Below, one piece after another: positions 60,581-64,000 of a stretch of 64,000 bases of DNA. Position 1 is the first letter of the stretch, and each line of letters opens with the position of its first letter. The DNA comes from Candidatus Heimdallarchaeota archaeon. GTDB taxonomy: Archaea > Asgardarchaeota > Heimdallarchaeia > Heimdallarchaeales > Heimdallarchaeaceae. The position numbers were made by a program, and so were the translations under genes. The notes under the pieces are model-generated. The model did not search any database. It was not told the DNA's origin and saw only the letters and a list, made by a program, of their open reading frames with translations. The DNA lies in assembly GCA_030603365.1 (NCBI GenBank), contig JAUVXV010000004.1, positions 192,001 through 256,000 on the forward strand, in the 5' to 3' direction.

Positions 60581-60740
60581 CCTTCTGTCCCCTTTTCTCT
60601 TTATTTTTTATGAATAGTGCATTCAAAGCTCTAAATTTGGGGAATTACGCTCCAGTAGCCCTTTGATACTTTAACAGAATAAGATTTAACCACTCATTTA
60701 AAATTTATTAGAGATTGGGATAGAAGCTTACAGGTTGTAT

Positions 60741-61742
60741 TTAATTCTTGACTTTAACTTTCCCAAATTTTGAAAGCCAATCATCTTCATCATATAAATC
60801 TAAGAAGAACAGATTCTCTAAATAATCTCTGAGAAAATATACTTCTTTACCGAGCTCCTCAGCAAATTTCACTTCTATATATGCCCCTTTGCCAACAAAA
60901 TACTCATTATTATACTCCATCGCAGAGAAAATAACAATGTCGCTTTTACTCAAAAGATCAAGACATCTCTTCATAATTTCGTTTCTCGAAACATCTTTCC
61001 ATTTCTTCTCATACTTGGCTGGATTTATGATTTCAGCTTCAGGAAAAGTTTTTTTAATTATCTTCAGTTCTCGTTTTTCGTGTTTTGTGCTATATATTTT
61101 CATTGAATGAGCATAATATATCTGAGGAATGATTCTATATTGCTTCCGCTTATACAGTTCTAGAAGTATGCACGCAGTATAAAACGCATCATAGCTCGCT
61201 CGGTGTTCTTCGAACTCTCCAATTTTTTCTTCAAGTTCTTTGTTAGTAATAATGCTTTCCGTATTCTCACTAAGAAGATTTTTTCTGGAATAAGCTAAAC
61301 TGTAAATTCTCTTTTTGTATTTTCTACCTGAAGGTCTAAGATAATCTGAAGCTACCAACATGATACAGGGAGCTGTTTTTGTTTTACTACTTTTCTTGTT
61401 AATGTTCCATGGATCATGATTCAGAAACTTATCGAAATCAAATGCGTTGTTATATGCAGCAATATACTTACCTGAAAGAATTTGACGTACTTCCTCAACT
61501 ACAGTAGGTAAATCTTTCTCAGCGTTTTGAATATCTTCAACTGACAGAACACCTTTGCGAAATATCCATGAGTTATGAAGGTTGTCATCCCAAGTATCGG
61601 TTTCATAATGAATCAGTGAATGATAAACTTGACTAATTTTCTGTTTCAACACATTAGCTCGCATAATTGATATCTCAACAATAAGATCCTTTGGAAACCC
61701 ATCAAGTCCCGTTGTTTCAATATCCAACACATAAATATCCAT
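60741..61742 (-). CDS. DEDDh 3'-5' exonuclease fused to a nucleoside-deoxyribosyltransferase-like domain
   Basis: LDIETTG, AYNNAFD, HRASYDA; C-terminal IYYAH...INP...SDIVIF...GKGAYIEVKFAEELGKEV. Confidence 0.75.
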   Translation of the reverse strand: MDIYVLDIETTGLDGFPKDLIVEISIMRANVLKQKISQVYHSLIHYETDTWDDNLHNSWIFRKGVLSVEDIQNAEKDLPTVVEEVRQILSGKYIAAYNNAFDFDKFLNHDPWNINKKSSKTKTAPCIMLVASDYLRPSGRKYKKRIYSLAYSRKNLLSENTESIITNKELEEKIGEFEEHRASYDAFYTACILLELYKRKQYRIIPQIYYAHSMKIYSTKHEKRELKIIKKTFPEAEIINPAKYEKKWKDVSRNEIMKRCLDLLSKSDIVIFSAMEYNNEYFVGKGAYIEVKFAEELGKEVYFLRDYLENLFFLDLYDEDDWLSKFGKVKVKN

Positions 61743-61816
61743 TAAGTTACAAAATATGCTAATCCTTTAAGTTTTTACCCCACCTAAAACAAAGTGAAAA
61801 AAACGATGAAGTATTA

Positions 61817-62359
61817 TTACGATGCTCTGTAGTCATCATATTTCTTTAATCCAGCAGGAATAGGAGTTTGTAGTATGTTTTCCTCGGGTACTTTGGTGCA
61901 GTTCCACAGATCATTGTATGCACATAACGGATTGTAAGCTTGATTGAAGTCCACTTCATATTTTCCTTTTGATACTCTTTCTATCTCTAAATACCTTCCC
62001 ACGTAGTAGGTTTCTTCACCAGTAGTTGTGTCTTTGAATGGTAAGTAATAATAGTCACCTTCAAGAGGTTTGAAGACCGTAAGTTTATGCATTTGACCAT
62101 CAATTTCAAATTCTATAGACGCAAATCTAGTATAATGTCTTATTTCATTCAGTGTCGTGGGAATTGCTACTTCCTCTTGATTTTCGAATTCTTTTAACTC
62201 AACAATGAATCTATATTTCTCATCCATCGGAAAATAGGACAATCCTTTGAAATCTACTTTCTGTTCTGGAGTCAGAGGAGAATTTGGGGATTTTAGATAG
62301 AGTATATCTGTACGTTCTCTAATCCTGTCTATTTTCTCCTTATAGGTTTTCTCTGCCAT
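61817..62359 (-). CDS. DUF1684 family protein
   Basis: SPL...FKGLSYF, PFKDTTTGEETY..GRY, DFNQAYNPLCAY. Confidence 0.9.
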   Translation of the reverse strand: MAEKTYKEKIDRIRERTDILYLKSPNSPLTPEQKVDFKGLSYFPMDEKYRFIVELKEFENQEEVAIPTTLNEIRHYTRFASIEFEIDGQMHKLTVFKPLEGDYYYLPFKDTTTGEETYYVGRYLEIERVSKGKYEVDFNQAYNPLCAYNDLWNCTKVPEENILQTPIPAGLKKYDDYRAS

Positions 62360-62405
62360 AATGTAACTAGCGGTTCATTCTATTTTAAAGATGAGTTTGA
62401 ACAAT

Positions 62406-62693
62406 TTATTCAGGCTTGTAATCCTTGTTGATTATTTCGAATATTTCATTTGCTAATTCTTGAGAACCACTTGAATCATCCCAAACACCTGTTGGCGCAA
62501 AAATATACCATAACTTTGAAAGTTCTTCTAATTTTCCCCCTCTTGCCCTATCAGCTGCTTCTTTGATATAATTACCCACATCAGCACAAGAGTCAAAAAA
62601 TGTTAATGTGGATCTGTCTCCATAGGAAATCATCTCAGCTGCTGCTTTGTCTAGAAGTGAAAGAAGGCGTTGTATTTCTTCGTTGTTTGTCAC
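62406..62693 (-). CDS. Hypothetical protein
   Basis: 95 aa; LWYIFAPTGVWDD motif, function unknown. Confidence 0.6.
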   Translation of the reverse strand: MTNNEEIQRLLSLLDKAAAEMISYGDRSTLTFFDSCADVGNYIKEAADRARGGKLEELSKLWYIFAPTGVWDDSSGSQELANEIFEIINKDYKPE

Positions 62694-62793
62694 TGGTATC
62701 AGTTATCTCCAAAGTATATTGATACTTATAAGGATAATCTATTAGAAACAATCTACATAGCTTTAAATATGCTTTTTCGCAAATATAATGTGA

Positions 62794-63687
62794 TTGCTCA
62801 TGAGAGCAGCTTTGAAAAATTACTCTTATGGAATAGTACTAGTTTTGTTTTTGGTTTGTTCTAGTGGTATTCAAACCCAAGGTGCTACTTGGGATAGTTA
62901 TGCTTCAGAGTATGAATATACTCAATTGACAAAAGGAATCCTTTATCCAGGTGGAGAACCTCATGAGGTAACAATAGAGGATACATTCAAAGTGTGGAAT
63001 GTAACTACAGTTAGTGATAAAGTGTATTTCAGAACGAATTTTACTCCTTACTTTATGGGATTGATGCATTTTGAAAATCAAGAGGAGTATGATACTTATT
63101 TATCAGAACATTATTGGTACGATAATGATACCGATAGTATGTCCCTTGCATATTCAGTTGTAGGAACAAATTTCTACTTTGTAGATATGTTAGATTCTAC
63201 TCTTCATTATAATGGAACAATGTCTGATTTTGATATTAGGTTAATTAAACATCATATGTATGGTTTGTTTTTACCTGTTAATCATCCATCTTTCAACTTC
63301 AAAACTGTTTATGCAACGAGTTTTCCTATTGAAGAACCACTACATGATGTAAACTTTCAGCAAAAAGACACATTCACACTGGATAAGATGAGATATAATG
63401 GATATTATTTGTATTTGGAATATTCTTATTTCTCTACATTTATTCGAATTGATTATAGTATAGAGCTGATGTATTCTTCTATAGGCGAGTTATATTTCTC
63501 CAAAATTACTATTTTTATGTATAATGAAGACTTTGAACAACCTGTGGAAGATTTTGAAGTTACATTTTCACTGAATCCAGAATACAGATTTAATGGTACT
63601 GAAGTTACTTGGGCAAGTTCATTAGTTATTCTAAGTTCACTCATGATTGTGACTTATGCATACATCAGATTCAGAAGAGATCATTAG
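62794..63687 (+). CDS. Exported surface glycoprotein with C-terminal TM and basic tail
   Basis: Signal peptide, N-x-S/T sequons (NVT, NFT, NDT, NGT), TM followed by RFRR. Confidence 0.7.
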   Translation: MLMRAALKNYSYGIVLVLFLVCSSGIQTQGATWDSYASEYEYTQLTKGILYPGGEPHEVTIEDTFKVWNVTTVSDKVYFRTNFTPYFMGLMHFENQEEYDTYLSEHYWYDNDTDSMSLAYSVVGTNFYFVDMLDSTLHYNGTMSDFDIRLIKHHMYGLFLPVNHPSFNFKTVYATSFPIEEPLHDVNFQQKDTFTLDKMRYNGYYLYLEYSYFSTFIRIDYSIELMYSSIGELYFSKITIFMYNEDFEQPVEDFEVTFSLNPEYRFNGTEVTWASSLVILSSLMIVTYAYIRFRRDH

Positions 63688-63954
63688 AACTCTTCTTTTC
63701 TATTTTTAATCCTATTTTAAACTGATTAAGAGAGCCTTGTATCTTTGCAGCAAGGTTATCTTCTTGTAAGTGCATCCTTTTTGGAAGAGTAATAAAACTC
63801 TTGTTTCTGAAGGGCTCTTTCTACCTTTTAGAAATTTGCACTATTGATATCTAACGACTTTAATTTGCACTTTTAATACCTAAACAAAATACAAATTAGG
63901 TTTCGGCTACTGTAATTACTTAATTTATATAAGGAAATACTAAGCTATAAGTAT

Positions 63955-64000
63955 ATGTCATCCGAAGAGGCTAGAACAGGGTGGCACTATCGCGAAAAAG
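63955..64000 (+). CDS. Start of a CDS truncated by the window end
   Basis: ATG after a TTTATATA box; MSSEEARTGWHYREK open to the end. Confidence 0.45.
   Translation, partial: MSSEEARTGWHYREK

Noticed and set aside
49012-60638. AGTGCATTCAAA shared at 49012 and 60616 as island boundaries after the tRNA
   Set aside because: A 12-nt AT-rich match is plausible by chance; no duplicated tRNA 3' end, integrase or transposase
131-63644. Short antisense or nested ORFs in the track (e.g. 131-331, 1673-2110, 14277-14603, 30754-31158, 50775-52010, 55449-55940)
   Set aside because: They are shadows of well-supported genes on the other strand or frame and carry no motifs
1-64000. CRISPR arrays, IS elements, proviral genes, rRNA
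   Set aside because: No repeat-spacer periodicity, transposase, integrase, capsid or rRNA-like sequence seen by eye

Overview
AT-rich archaeal chromosomal segment, very likely from an Asgard archaeon (probably Heimdallarchaeia-like; inference). Evidence: archaeal core genes (egsA, aCPSF1/FttA, aIF1A, aIF2-beta, Rio1, Pno1, Nmd3, Nop2-Nip7), an intron-containing tRNA-Trp, GGTGA-type SD sites and a ribophorin I homologue. About 60 CDS: RNA processing and ribosome biogenesis genes, bacterial-type metK and mutS/mutL, an exosortase-linked glycosylation locus containing a PLP decarboxylase and a BpsA-type aminopropyltransferase, and an accessory block after tRNA-Trp (GNATs, peptidase, ABC exporter, exonuclease fusion). 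No CRISPR array, transposase, integrase or rRNA was seen. The best new signal is non-coding: a free-standing box C/D guide RNA about 75 nt downstream of tRNA-Trp. By the N+5 rule its two guides hit C34 and C39 of that same pre-tRNA, the job done by the intron-encoded guide in euryarchaeal tRNA-Trp, whereas here the intron is only 32 nt. Also notable: a switch-like structured leader before metG, a mu-homology-domain-like cytoplasmic protein, two bactofilin-like proteins and an unannotated CdrS-like RHH gene. All protein calls come from motif recognition by eye, not database searches.
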